A stretch of 64,000 bases of DNA, from NCBI RefSeq assembly GCF_964204645.1, contig NC_134025.1:21489101-21553100 (forward strand). The letters are read 5' to 3'. This document shows positions 1 to 13,539 of the stretch, one piece after another; position 1 is the first letter of the stretch; every line of letters starts with the position of its first letter. The position numbers and the translations under genes are program-made. The notes under the pieces are model-generated. The model saw only the letters and a list, made by a program, of their open reading frames with translations, did not search any database and was not told where the DNA came from. This DNA comes from Tubulanus polymorphus. Lineage: Eukaryota; Animalia; Nemertea.

Positions 1-840
1 ACACTGACCTGTAGTACGATATACTCATGGCCATGAATTAATAACTGCCTTTTACGAAAAATGTTGTCCTGTTTAGGCACGGTACTGGCACATATATTAC
101 AGTGCTATGATTTTGTGTGTGTTTATATGTCACAAGCATGCCAATAGGCTGTGTCTCTCACCTCAATGTCATACTGTCTTCGCCTTCATAAATATTTATT
201 GTCCTTAGCTACCAGCGAGAACAATTACCAGAACCCGCTATCATCTATCTGTGTCCCTTGTTCATTGAATCGTTTGTTAATTACGGCAATTAAAACCCCA
301 AGCTGTAATCATCTTAATGAGCAGTTTATGCAGTTCTCAAACAAATGGGATTGTTTCTGCATTCAACACGTGCTATAACTAACTGTGGCAAGCGAGGACC
401 TGATTGATAGGTTTGTTCGGTCTTCTTCGCTTGAATTTCATCTTCATTTCGAATGAACTATTATCCGAAGTTTTCTTAGTTTCAATTTTCCAATTACAAA
501 TGAAACTACATCCTAACGAGATAAAAAACCACTACGTACAAATTGAAAGTTCTTTTTGGAATTGAGAATCTATTCAATCAAACAATTAAAAGAACTCACT
601 TTCGATCTCACCCTAAGGATCATCCTTAGGTGTGATTTAAAAAGAAAACGTTTGATTTGTACATAGCGGGTTTTTATCTCATTATCCATTCGCCACATTT
701 AGAAGTGATATTCTACCAAACAGAACTATAATCAAATGCTGACCAGAAAAGTCAGTCTAGTATCATTTCGATAGCTCGTACGTGCAACCACGTTTGGATT
801 TGGCAGCTTAAGTTGATCGTGCCACCTGGCAGGTACCTAG

Positions 841-1044
841 CAGGGGCGAATCTATAGGGTCTGATTCAGGGACCCCCAAAATAGGGCATATCATACATAA
901 TTAAAAGGGCACCCAATCATCGGAAAACTTTTTTTTAGCTTTCAGAGTTTTCATTTTCCCGTGAAATTTCAAGGCAATTTGACATGTTGAGGGGGGGGTT
1001 CTAGAGGGTATGAACCCCTGCACCCTCCCCTTGAATGCGCCCTG
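841..1044. mobile_element. Degenerate MITE with CAGGGGCG-type terminal inverted repeats
   Basis: Starts CAGGGGCGAATCTA and ends GAATGCGCCCTG; same terminus type as the elements at 36855 and 43220. No clean TSD. Confidence 0.55.
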
Positions 1045-1696
1045 GCTGGTTATGCATTGACCCCACTGCTAAACACAATATCAAATGGTTTCCCAGTATG
1101 TATAATGCAATAGATAGAAAATTAAATTTTTCATTTCGTTATAGCTTAATGATCAATTACCCAATCCTGAGTGGTGATGATGTTCAAAAGTAATTAATAT
1201 ATAAGGTCTAAAATTAGAATATCATATTTCTATATGTTTGTTGTGTAACCAACAACTAATGTGTCGATTAAGATTCTAATTGGATAGTCACTGCATGACT
1301 ACCAGAAAATAAATTAAACGTTCAACCCACCCAACTTTTACAAATAGTTCCGTTTAGTTAAAACTATCCATTTGGCATTTATTCTAAGTATTCTTTTTCA
1401 TTTCTTGATTGAATTTCTATGCAGCGTTTCCTTAGATGCTTGACTACGCCAAACAAACAGCCCTCACCGGAATGTCCACCCCACCCAACTTTAACTAAAG
1501 TAATTCAAACTTCTTTACCGAATAAATTGAATTTCCCGATTGATTTGATTTCCGCCGTATATTCGATAAACAAATAACATCCAAATGCTTTGTCGTTTGC
1601 AATCTTTTCTAAGGGCACGCCTTCGCGATCAAAGTTGCCACTGATTAATACTTAACCGACGTTGCTGTAAGCATAGAAATTCAGTCCAGTTTGTAA

Positions 1697-1978
1697 CCCT
1701 TTCAGTGCTGACTAATTAATACCCTATAGTGCTGGAGATAATTCAAAAATTTTGAAAAATTCCACCATAGTGTGTTGAATAACGGGAATACCACTATAGT
1801 ACGTCTACACTGCAACGCGGTATATCGTTAGGTACTAATATTTCACTATGTTTGGCAGGTGCTGCCATCTTTCAAGAGAGATATTTACTAATTACATCAA
1901 TACACCGCAATGCAGTGTACTTGCAAAACCCATCCCGATTTATACACACTGCACTGCAGTGTAGATGCACTGAAAGGG
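1697..1978 (+). mobile_element. piggyBac-like MITE, family A copy 1
   Basis: TIRs CCCTTTCAGTGC...GCACTGAAAGGG flanked by (G)TAA / TTAA; interior nearly identical to 5936-6223. Confidence 0.85.
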
Positions 1979-2133
1979 TTAAGTGCAAACTTATCAGTTT
2001 TAACCTTTCGACTGGTGGTACAGAAAAACCAGGAAAGGGCACTTCGGGTTTTATTCTGGCTGCTTGGTACAACCCACACAACGACATCAAAAATACATAA
2101 ATCATACTCTTTATGTATTTTTGATGACATTCA

Positions 2134-2398
2134 TATAAGCCGCAATCACACGAAGACGATTTGATCAGATCAGGCACGAGTCAAATTTGGCCCGTGCCTA
2201 ATTAGAGAGCGTAGTGACACATAAACCACTTGCTAGATGATACTAAACAATGCTTAAACAAAGCGTACGTATAGCAAGTCACTTCTGGAACCAGTTGCAG
2301 TTCACACGCAATGATTTGACATGTGCTTATATTTGGATCGGGTCTGGTCCGACGTATTCAGTGGGACGGGCACGGGCGAATTTGGCACCGATGGCTAT
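2134..2398. mobile_element. Dispersed non-autonomous DNA-transposon-like repeat, family D
   Basis: Similar in reverse complement to 59529-59827; internal TTTGGCCCGTGCC / GGCACGGGC motifs. Confidence 0.6.
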
Positions 2399-4570
2399 TG
2401 CGTCCATCTTATTGTGTCTGCGCTTGTTTTTTTGCTGTCCACATCATGAGACAACATAACTGGCATCCCCCAATACCGATACATGAATTAGGTATCGTAT
2501 TGCGTGGGCAAAAAAACTTAATTAAGTCATTTTCATCATCGTAATTTTAAAATGATAATAAACTGTATCGCTAAAGTAAATATGCCTTTTCACGGAATCC
2601 CGTCATTATTGATAACAACTAACAGTAAAACTAGAATCAAACTAGATCAACGCCACTGTGAAACTGAGTCCAGTTTACCAGATTTGAATGAGTTTAGTAA
2701 CGCCGACTATAATCAAACTAGTTTTCTATGCATGTAGATGTATACCGGTATATGTGAACAATACATTCGTTTTCTTGTCAAATCACTCGATCATAGACAC
2801 ATTTAAAGATCACTGAAACACTCGTTCCCAGGCACATTCCCATCCGATGTTAACGACCATATATCAACGTTCATATCGACAGAATGTAAATTAGCGTAGC
2901 CCGGTGGAGGAGGAATATCCATAAGAAACTATACTAAAAACTTGATTCAAATCGATCCTGAAAGATCCTTACACGAAAAACATTTTCCTTCTTATGAAAT
3001 ATACAACTTCAGTCAGTGCGCTTGCAAATTATTTCACACAGATCGGACTGTACTCCGAGAAAGTTCTGACACACTGAGAAAAGATAGACTGACGAAAATA
3101 TGGAGAAAAATTACTTTTAGGAGGTTTTTACGCGACTTACTTTTTGTACTGAGAATTCAGTTCTTAGTCACCTACCGTAGAAATGACTTTCTAAAAATCC
3201 AATGTATTATGGGATACATATGCCAAGAACAAATAGGACTATTAAACATAAAATATTTACACAAGCTCTGAAATTGTGATAAATCAGACCTATTATCACA
3301 CAAGTCTGTTCCATATGCCTATATATTAATGCAATCAGCGATTGCTATAAGTATCGATATACATAATTCCGTTTCATTATTCTTAGAAGCTTGTCGATTT
3401 ATGAACATTTTAGTACTTCTGTGCAATGTTATCATAACTTGTGGAGTAGATAGATAAACTAAACTGAAACTGATTTCTAGAAAAATGCTTGTAGGTTTCC
3501 AATAACTGAATCATTTCTATAAATTCTATTTTGTAACGTATAGACCCTTGATATTTCGCTTGCCAAAACTAAAATGCGGATTAGAAGAATGTCTCCACTG
3601 ATTAAACGCGTGCACGCGGGTCGGATCTTTTGTTTCAAAAAATAGCATTCACCCCATGAATCATAATGGCGCACAGCCGGATTTTAAATGACAGAAATCA
3701 CCGACTGTGAACAACTTCAATACGAAGTGTCCTTCAGTAGGTTTTACATAGAAAGTTAGTTATTCTGGTATTAGGTAGACTGGAATTACAGTTAATAACA
3801 GGACTTTTCATCTAAGACGACAATCCTTGATGTACCTTCGTGCGCGCAGCGAACCCATAAAATCTTGCCTTTTTTCAAGGTTTGCCCATATACGTACTTC
3901 TGAAATGAGTAGGTCTTAGAAAGAAGGACATTTCTCATTTGGACGGTCCTGTCATTGTTTTTGTTCGGCCCAATTTCATCAAAATGGCATGAGCACGTTC
4001 ATGACAGAATACATCCTATCGTTATTCACCCATTATAAACGTCTCATACTTCGTAGCAATAAATCTTGAATTGAATTGGCAGATTTGACTTACAAGAAGT
4101 AGAGTTGCGTTTACTACGCGATCAAAATCAACCACATTCATTATATCTACTTAAGGCTTGAATAATCATGATAATACAACTCCTTCAGGATCAGGACCAA
4201 ATGAAGTACTCATGTCACATGTCAAAAACTATGCAACTATGAGTGTGATGATGGTAGAACTATTTTTCCAATATGATTAGGTTCCATATGCGGGAAACTC
4301 TGTCTTGAAAATGGTAAGATTCAGAGAAACTTGCAAAACCGTACGATTTTGGCTTACAGCCAGTCAACATTTCCAGAATCTAATCCCCAACAAATGACTA
4401 ACGTTGCATGAAACTTGAGCAATTTTCAGGACGTTACGGTGTCACAATCGAACGTTATCTTATCATTGGTGAATTGATAGTCAACAAGATAGTAATAGTA
4501 GTTCCCAGCGGGACCGTCCTAAAAAACCCCACATTATGTTGATGAGAGGTCAAATGCGCGATTTTTATCA

Positions 4571-4728
4571 GGGATCATTCATTTATTATGTATGCATTAG
4601 GGGAGGGGGGAGGGGTCAGTGCAATTGCGTACTGTAATGCTTAATGTATATGAAAAAATGGCCGATTTTGCATACAGGGGGAGTCGAAAAAGTCAAATTT
4701 CATGCGTACGTAATAAATGAATGATCCC
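4571..4728. mobile_element. PIF/Harbinger-like MITE
   Basis: TIR GGGATCATTCATTTATTA...TAATAAATGAATGATCCC with a 3-bp TCA direct repeat on both sides. Confidence 0.8.
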
Positions 4729-5856
4729 TCATAGGGCAATGTACTATGACATTTCCCGGAGGAGGAGCGTTGCTCCATCATAATTAGAACGAGATTTGAT
4801 GGAGACCTACGCATTTCCCATAAATATATACCACAAAAAACCCACCTTTTGCATGTGGGTTTTCTATCATAGCATATAGTTTTTTGTCCACGGACAAAAT
4901 CACAGTATCATAAAAATCAGCAATACCACCCCACAATATAGGCTAACAAATGAATAATGCTAGTTGATGGAAAACAATCAAAACTGCAAGCTATCCGACA
5001 AATACTTATATCAATCTTATTTAATTCAGCCAAACAGTCGGCGATACTTTCTAATTTAATTAACTTTCGTTCTTAATTGATTAGTAGGCTTAGCTGATAT
5101 GTAGTTGCCACCATAAAAAGTTAATTAACTATACGCGAGACTAACACGATATCGAACAAATACCGCCTTTTCACTCTTCCCATCAAAACGTCGACATTTT
5201 GACCTCGGTTTAACCCACTTATAGCCTACACAACAGTGTCGTCAACACTACCGGTAAAAACTGCGATAAACAACAACAGTTTCAAAACTTCAATTCGCTT
5301 TCAAAACGAAGAGATTACCAAAGAGATCAATAAAATTGATTGACTTATCTGTTTGATCTAAAATATACATAGCCTAAGTAATTCACTAAGAAAAGATTGC
5401 AAATAGATCAATAAAATTCATTGACTAATAGGTTTGAACTGAATGTACATATGCACGCACGAAAAGTCTAGCAAATTAATATGATGGATGATTTAATCAA
5501 CTTAGGTCTATAAAGCCGTTGACCCAATCTGCCAGCTAAAACTTTATTTTATCAAACTCAAAAATTCAATTAAAAAACATACTAAAAGACCGTTATTTCG
5601 TTATATCGTTATTTCCAGACTCCCAATCGATCGCAATCGGATTCATCTTAATCTGTTGGTTATAAACACGTGTTCGAAAAAAACCCAGAGATTTCGATTC
5701 AGTTGATGCATTTATGAGTTGATCCCATTGCGCAGTCAAGGCTTAGCTATCTTGGCTATCGGTAAAGTCAATCCATGGACTATAAAATGTCCCGTTTCAT
5801 AGTCCAGGGTCAATCTAACAACCTGAGACTGGTCTTTAGCCCAATGCACACACCAA

Positions 5857-6287
5857 GGGCCAGTTCCATAGTGATCGCTTAAACTTAAGACAAGCCTGAG
5901 ACCATATTAGTTCTATAGCCAATCTAACAACTTAACCCTTTCAGTGCTGACTAATAAATACCCTATAGTGCTGGAGATCATTTGAAAATTTTGAAAAATT
6001 CCACCCTAGTGTGTTGAATAACGGGAATACCACTATAATGCGTCTACACCGCGTCGCAATTTATCGTTAGTTACTAATATTTCACTACGTTTGACAGGTG
6101 CTGCCATTTTTCAAGAGAGATAATTACTAATTACTAATTACATCAATACACCGCAGTGCGGCGTACTAGCAAAAGCTATCACCGATTTATGCACCGCACT
6201 GCAGTGTAGACGCACTGAAAGGGTTAAGACCAATCTTAAGACATAAGCCCACTTTTGGACTTGAGTCTCGACTGTGGAACCGGCCCC
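5857..6287. mobile_element. Harbinger-like MITE (family B) hosting a nested piggyBac-like MITE
   Basis: Ends GGGCCAGTTCCATAGT...ACTGTGGAACCGGCCC; interrupted at an internal TTAA by family A copy 2. Confidence 0.7.
5936..6223 (+). mobile_element. piggyBac-like MITE, family A copy 2
   Basis: TTAA|CCCTTTCAGTGC...GCACTGAAAGGG|TTAA, with a perfect TTAA target-site duplication. Confidence 0.9.
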
Positions 6288-6929
6288 ATGTGTTTTGTTT
6301 CATCGCTTAAACGGAAAATACGTTTTTCATAAATCGTTTTGCTGCTCTCGCATAAGATGAGACGTTCAACTCAGACGGCATCATAACCGAAACGTGTAGA
6401 AAACAGTTCTTGCACCATAGAGTCAATGGCGCGACAATACACTCATTTACATCAATCTTTGTGTATACCACGTGAGGCAGTGATGCGCCCTTAACAAATA
6501 ACGTTTTCGACGACACAAAATGTTTTGCGCGAATCAATCGGTGCTTGTCTCGCGAAAAACATGGTTTCTGTTCGTCGTTTCCTGTTTTGACTTCAACATA
6601 ACTGCACAAAGCATAACAATACACATTGAAAACATTTTTAATGAGGGGGAAAAATGGTTTTTCTTTGCGTACCACGCGTGTCGGGCTTTATAACTTATAA
6701 TTTAAGACCACAAATTGAGTTGAAAAGTCATAACTGCAAAAAAGCGTTTTTCATCTTGCCCAACCCGCTGATCACCGCTTAAGACATTATCGACAGGTTG
6801 CGAGTTTTCTTTTACCGATTAAGTGGAAACAGAACATGGATAGTTCGAATGAAGAATGATTGTCGCAAAACCATCGAAATTCGATTAGAAAAAAAAGAAA
6901 AACAAAATTCCCGAATATCACAAACAGCT

Positions 6930-6970
<41 letters not shown>
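6930..6970. repeat. (TA)n microsatellite
   Basis: Direct reading. Confidence 0.95.
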
Positions 6971-6972
<2 letters not shown>

Positions 6973-8356
6973 GTATATGCACGAACCTGTTGTAACTCCA
7001 CGATTTAAGATCTTTATGAGTCGCCATCATTGTTAATCCGATTTATATCTGTGTGAAGCAATAATAATAACAACAGCAACAACAATGATGATAATAATAA
7101 TCCAATGTGCTACCGTCGGTGATGTTGACGATCGAGCATGTCGTCGTCGATCGAACTGGCGCGGGTAGAACAGGCTTACGAACTAACTATACTTCGATCT
7201 ACAATCCACCTGCGCACTTACATATATATAAGTAATTCGTCTAGATTAAAAAGCCTTTTTATAATCGCGGCGGCTAGCGTATCAGGTACGTTCTATTAAT
7301 CAGCTGGCCTCCTTGTGAAACAAAGTTCCTAGACCTAATCTAATCTTCGCGCGACTCAAGCATGTATGACGACTTCCCCAAATACATAAATATAGACACG
7401 AACACGCTTCTACTAAGCACGACGACGCGCTGACAAAGGGCGGAAGAATTTTCTATCTATTCATTAAAATCCGGTAAAATACGAAGGGTCAGCCCTTCGT
7501 GAGAACAAACGACATACCGGTACTGCAACTACCGGGTACATAAATGGCACAGCACTGAAACTATAGCAATGAATGCATAAAAGGTCTATGCCTATATATA
7601 CGACTGCATGCGGAAAGGTGAATTATTTATCAAAGCCCCTATACTACTGCTCCAACCAACGCTGCCCTATGCTAATTAAGTATTAATTAGCAACGTTGTG
7701 TGCGCTAGTCTCTGAATTAATTTCCTCGCTGTAACAATTTTTCAGCATGACTTAATCCATCGTCATCCGTGTGCCTATACCTACAGTTGTTCGCTGCGTC
7801 CACAGTTATCAAAACCCATTAAATCGTTTTGAAAGATGTTAACCGGACCCATACCCTCGGCAAGAAAACTAACTCGAAAGTTTATTGATGACGCCTTGAA
7901 GAAAAATAACACGCGCATCTAATTGCGTAATACTATCGACGCTGAATAATATCATATAATATCAAGTTATTTTGAATTCGAATATATTGACAATTGAATT
8001 TAATTGGACGGCATATAGTCAAATGAGGCAAGCCATAATATTGCCGGCGTAGGGCACATCTGCAAAATTCAATATCAAAAAGACATGAAAATTTATCGAA
8101 TAGAAAATAAGAGTCATTAAATATACACTTAATTACAAAATGAACTCCAATATTGATGACCTAATGTACGTCGACTCACACGGTTCCCCTTAATTAGAAA
8201 TATAAAGATTATTGTTAACCGGTTTCGAGGCATCAAAAAAGCAAAGGTTATTTAGCACTAGGTTATTTAGTAGAACCTAGTTGAACAACGAATAATATTA
8301 CATGTACCATGAGGCACCAGCATTGCTAGAGTGGTAATCATGGTTTTTGCTGCAGA

Positions 8357-8470
8357 TCCAGGCGTGTTGGAAGCAATTTTTGATTGCCGAGTCCAATTGC
8401 TGATTTTTGACAGGTTCTAATATAACCACGGCGAATTCACTTCAATTTGGTCTAGTATAGTATTGAAAAA
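8357..8470 (+). repeat. Dispersed repeat fragment, second copy at about 16135-16250
   Basis: Both copies share GTTGGAAGCAATTTTTGATTGC...GACAGGTT and similar downstream sequence. Confidence 0.6.
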
Positions 8471-9100
8471 GAAAAGAAAAGTTATTCAGTAAATTATGCT
8501 ACAGTTGCTATACGGTTCCAACACCACTGAGATCTGCCAGGTTGACAAGTAGTTACAGGTACATCCGTTCACTAGTAGTCATTCAATATCCATGATTCTA
8601 TATCTTTCACAATTCAAAATTGAATTAACTTTTCTCATTCCACAGTCCATTTACGAAGATAATGGCAAAAGAGAAACAGCTGCTCAAATAATAAGGCAGA
8701 GACACAAATAATGCAATGAAATGGAGCAGATATTCGTATATAAAACGCCGCCGATGCCGTAGCTGCCTGGCTACCACCATAGCAACTTCATTCAGCCCGA
8801 GATAAACCGTCATCTCGGTTCAATTCCAGGTTTTCCCCGAGAACAGAACCGTCAGTTATTCGTCCAGTCAAGATCGACCGGAATCGATTTAGCGTCGATA
8901 TTTTTTCGACAAGCGAAAAATACCTTTCCACAAAACCAGGTCTGTACATATACAAGAGACAAACGAATATAGAAAGCATTGATATTCTTTCAATGAGAGA
9001 ATAATTTTTTATAAACAGCCTACTTTTCGACATGACCATACATTATACAAGAGACAAGATAGGACATCTTATGGCAGCACCTGGATAAAGAACAATTTAA

Positions 9101-9375
9101 CAGGGTGGCCACTTTTATTTGACACACTTTTTCTCTTGACTATTTCCTGACATGCAGGTTGTTTACTCAGAATCTAATGAATTTTAACAATCAAATACGT
9201 AAGACATTAGGGGGAAGCTGTCTGACTTTACGCACGATCTAGCAATCTCAACAAATTTCCCCGACTTTTCAGCTGTTTTACAAAATTCCCTCGACTATTC
9301 CATGACTTTTTTCAAGTAAAGAAAAATTCCCCCTTTTCCCCTGCTTTCCAGAAAAGTAAGTAAGTGGCTACCCTG
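9101..9375. mobile_element. hAT-like MITE with 5-bp TSD
   Basis: TTTAA|CAGGGTGGCCACT...AGTGGCTACCCTG|TTTAA. Confidence 0.8.
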
Positions 9376-9919
9376 TTTAAGAGAGATGCGTTAAGTACCT
9401 TCTTCACAAAGGACATAAACATCAAAACTTAGAGGTTGTCTGTGTATAAGCCTATGGCCTTAATGGTAAATGGTATTTGATGGAAAAATGGCAAAATGAA
9501 CATATTTCAAATGATAACTCGATTTCTGTCATTAAAATGTCGGGCGATGGTTACGAGAGGGCGATCACTGCGTTATACTCCGTAGTGTGTCAACAACTAT
9601 TAATGAAATACAAACATCGCATTTTGAGAAAATAGACTAGGCAAACAACGAACAATTTAAATGTTCAGCCACTTCATTAATTCAACTGATGATATTAAAT
9701 GGATACCACTCAAAATCTTCCGATGCCAGCTGCTATCATAACGCCGAAGTAGCAGTCTATTTTAGGCAATAGCCCGGCATGGTGTCTCCCCCTTAATAGT
9801 ATTAGGAAAATTAGGTGGGGGAACACATACACAAAAATTGTGAATGAAAGAGAATATCTCCTTAAAAATATCTTGCAAAAAAGGGCAATCTCATAAGGGT
9901 TAAAAGCATTCTCCCTAGG

Positions 9920-9980
9920 CAGGGATTCGAAACTGATGCCATCGCTATAGCCATGGCATAAAACTCTGCCATACTAGACC
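9920..9980 (-). mobile_element. tRNA-derived SINE head (reverse-strand copy)
   Basis: Reverse complement of 10171-10233; A-box-like GGTCTAGTATGG and B-box-like GTTTCGAATCC. Confidence 0.55.
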
Positions 9981-10167
9981 GGGTGTGCAGGTACATGCCC
10001 AGGTCTGCCGCACGTAAACTTGCGGCAGCAATCAGATTGCTTGTTGTTTATTCGCTAAGGCGAATTTCAAGGGAAAACTATACATGGGTAAACCAGGGCT
10101 AAAATAAAATGGGATATCTGATTGGCTTATAATGACATCATCTAAGCTGCACGTGTAGTACCAGAAC

Positions 10168-10463
10168 ACTGGGTCTAGTATGGCAGGGTTTCATACCATG
10201 GCGAGTCTCGATGCCATCAGGTTCGAATCCCTGGCGGGGCGGACGGGTTGGGAGTAGATGCTTAGTCTTGTCCAACCCTGACTAGTCATCTGAAATGGCG
10301 AATTCAATTGATAGAACTGCCATATACCTTTGTGATCTAATTCGACTATGCAGGAAATGTAGATCCTTTGATTGCAGTCGTTGCTCGAGGGAATCTACTA
10401 CGTTTAGTCAAATCCAATAGAGCTGATAAAGTAAAGTCGTAAGCCAGAAAAATCCATTCATTC
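10168..10463 (+). mobile_element. tRNA-derived SINE-like element
   Basis: A-box-like GGTCTAGTATGG (10172), B box GGTTCGAATCC (10220-10230), about 230 bp of body, short CATT-repeat tail. Confidence 0.6.
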
Positions 10464-11133
10464 GTACGTAGATGTATCCATAGAATCACACAGTTCTTTA
10501 ACAAAGCCCCTATACTGATCATCCCTATCTTCCTGGATAATGAGTTTTAACGGAGAAAATTTCATATTTGAAGGAACAGCAGCAACACTTGCAATATATT
10601 CCAATTACAGACTTCTCCAAAATCAGTATTGTTTATCTCGATAAACCTTTAACCTTTAATTCAGAGGCTTTATAAGCAAATATTCACCCTCGATACCACT
10701 AAACTTGGTTTCTAACTTGGTAACCGCCTAGTAGGGTAAAAAAGATCCAGCTTCCAACAGTAACGAGATATAGGCGTAGTACAACTTCTAAAGTATCTAA
10801 TAGCCTATTTCTCAAAAATAAAAGCAGTCTTATAGGAGTTTCTGACATCAAACGCGCTGAAAAGCGTTTCCCATTTTAGAAGGATTATTTGAGCGAAAAT
10901 ACATGAGAATACCCAGCAGCAGCTCGATAAGAACTACTAAGCAGCTTTTACTGATCCACCAGTAGGTATCGTCGCCATAAAACAGACAGACACCTGTTCA
11001 CCGCGGATCAGGGGCAGAGAGATTTATAAATTCCCGTCGATGAATTTAAAATTAAACGATCCAAATGGAAACCGCTCGACGATGACGATATGTCATGAAA
11101 TACAGCCGCGGTAATAGACTTAATAAAGTTTAA

Positions 11134-11403
11134 CCCTTTCAGTGCGTATACACCGCAGTGCAGTGAATGAATCGGTGATGGCCTTTGCTAGTACACCGCA
11201 CTGAGGTGTATTGATGTAATTCGGAAACGTTTTTATCTCTAATGAAAGATGGCAGCACCTGTCAAACAGAGTTAGAAATAAGTAAGTAACGATACACCGC
11301 ACTGTGGTGTAGACGCATTATAGCTGATGCCTGTTATTTTATGCTCTGGGCTGGAATTTTTCAAACATTTTCAAATTAGCTCTATTAGTCACCACCGAAA
11401 GGG
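11134..11403 (-). mobile_element. piggyBac-like MITE, family A copy 3
   Basis: TTAA|CCCTTTCAGTGC...CCGAAAGGG|TTAA; interior is the reverse complement of copies 1 and 2. Confidence 0.85.
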
Positions 11404-13402
11404 TTAATAGAATGGTTTTTGACTCAAACCCTCCTCAATCATCTCGAGGAGACCCCAAATAGGCTGAGCACACATTAGATATTTTTTCTTTCGGCGAAGG
11501 ATGGCTTCCCAGATCAGTAAACGTCAAAGACTGACGAGTAAAGACATCTAGGAAACCTTATTACATATCGGGGCTTAATGTCGTGGGTGATGACACGAGC
11601 TCTACTGACGCAAGTAATGACAAACTTATCATATCCAGGCTTATACGTTGGCTGGACATGATATCTATCGCTACAGAGCTCCGAGTATCAATTTATTCCT
11701 TGCTGATGTCGGCTATGAAAAATGAACACGAAAATGCATCCTATAAGAAAATCTGACTCAGAAAAAAAAGTAAGATTTTCAAGATTTTGAATGAAAAATA
11801 TGATTGACTCTAGGAGTCAGAGCACAATCTTATTACCATATCAACTTATCTGCATGGAGGAGAGGCCTTATCTATTCAAAATATGTAGGAGCTCGGAAGG
11901 CGGGAATGCCAGCATTTTCAAGCCAGCGACTGAGCATACAGCTATCGCTAATGATTATTAACGCATTCCTATTAATCATTCATAAAAATACCTATGGCTT
12001 AGGCAAGTTTCTGACTTCGGACAGAATTATATTTGAAAATGAGAAAACAAAAAACTGAAAATTGGAAGTTCATTGATGCCCTCGAAAACTAACACATATA
12101 TTGCTTAATATTGTAAACACTCAATAATATTACATAAATTATATAGGCCTAATACTAAGGATCAATGAATTAAATGAATAAAGTAATAAATAAAGTAATT
12201 TTTGGATTTGAATAGGCTATATCGATAATTGAATTGAAAGGCGGCAACCAGTCTAGCCCTGATATAATGATGACGTAGTGCACATCCTCTCAAATATAGT
12301 TATCAAAATTTATCAACAATAATAAAATAAGAGCTATGAAATATATCCGATTACAAAATAAATGCCAAAATTCATAATTTTTGTAATTGTTATTTTGAAA
12401 CGCCTTTACCGATGACGTAGTAGGCCTATGTACAATCACACGGAATCGCTTAGGCCAACGCATACTACTAGGTATATCAATGTAAATAGACATTATTGCA
12501 ACGGTTTTTATGGCGTCAAAAAAAAAACTAAACCTAACACTTTTCTCCAACCTGTAATTATTCGGGTGGTTTACCTGGACTAGACTACGCTCATATTGCG
12601 CCCACGCCGACCTCAATACCCACGATACCGGTAACTTATGGGGCGTGTATACGAAACCCGATACGCGTATCGATCTCTCCCGATAAGCAATATAATCATT
12701 TGGCGAAATCATTAATAAAGATACGTGACAATCTCCTCGCAGCGCGGCACACTATTATTATATCAGACGTAGTTAACGATGCCATAACATACACACACGC
12801 GCGAACGTCGTGTTCTAATCCAACGACGAGCGATGATTATAAAGGTGTATACGCGGCACAAATCCCCTTCAAAGGTACCTGATCTAACTAGTAATGATTT
12901 CTACATAACCCTCTCGAAACCCTGTCGATTGAGATACGCATTGAGATACACTGCTTATCGCGGCGTAGTATCGACGATGATTGAATGAAATGGGATTCAT
13001 TGACGAACGTATCGCGGCGTGTTCAAACTTTGAAATCTAGAATGCGGCAATGTCACGTATCTAGGCCTATGTCTCCTCGGGGTAAGCATTGATCAAACAG
13101 TAACGAGGCAAGAAATTGAAGGCAGGTACTAACAGTTGATGAGTCGACAAGATACACAATATCCTTATAAGATGGATAACAAGAGAAATTCTACTGTAAA
13201 TTCAGCGAAAAAATGAAAAGTTTTTTATGGTTGAATGATATATATTTCGAGCAATTTTGAGATATTTTTAGTTGAGCCTAATTGTTCATTAACTCGACTG
13301 TAAGAACTGTTGGTTTATGGCCAAAATAGAAAAACCAGTCTCCACTCTCCAACGGGCCAAGCTTTATGATATATGTCAAGAATTTAGATTGCAAGAAATT
13401 CT

Positions 13403-13539
13403 CCAGTTCCACAGTCGTAGTAAGAGTTAACTCTTGAGTTAAAGTTAGTTAACTTTCAATGAGTAAGAGTTAGCTACAGAAATAAAATTAGTTCACTTTC
13501 AATAGATTAAATCTTAACTCACAACTGTGGAACTGGGTC
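13403..13539. mobile_element. Harbinger-like MITE, family B
   Basis: Inverted ends CCAGTTCCACAGT...ACTGTGGAACTGG. Confidence 0.65.

Noticed and set aside
6307-6675. 122-aa minus-strand ORF (and 12290-12712, 140 aa)
   Set aside because: Non-ATG or weak starts, no recognisable domain and no supporting splice structure.
11528-11585. CTGACGAG...GAAAC hammerhead-like words
   Set aside because: No convincing stem II or stem I pairing.
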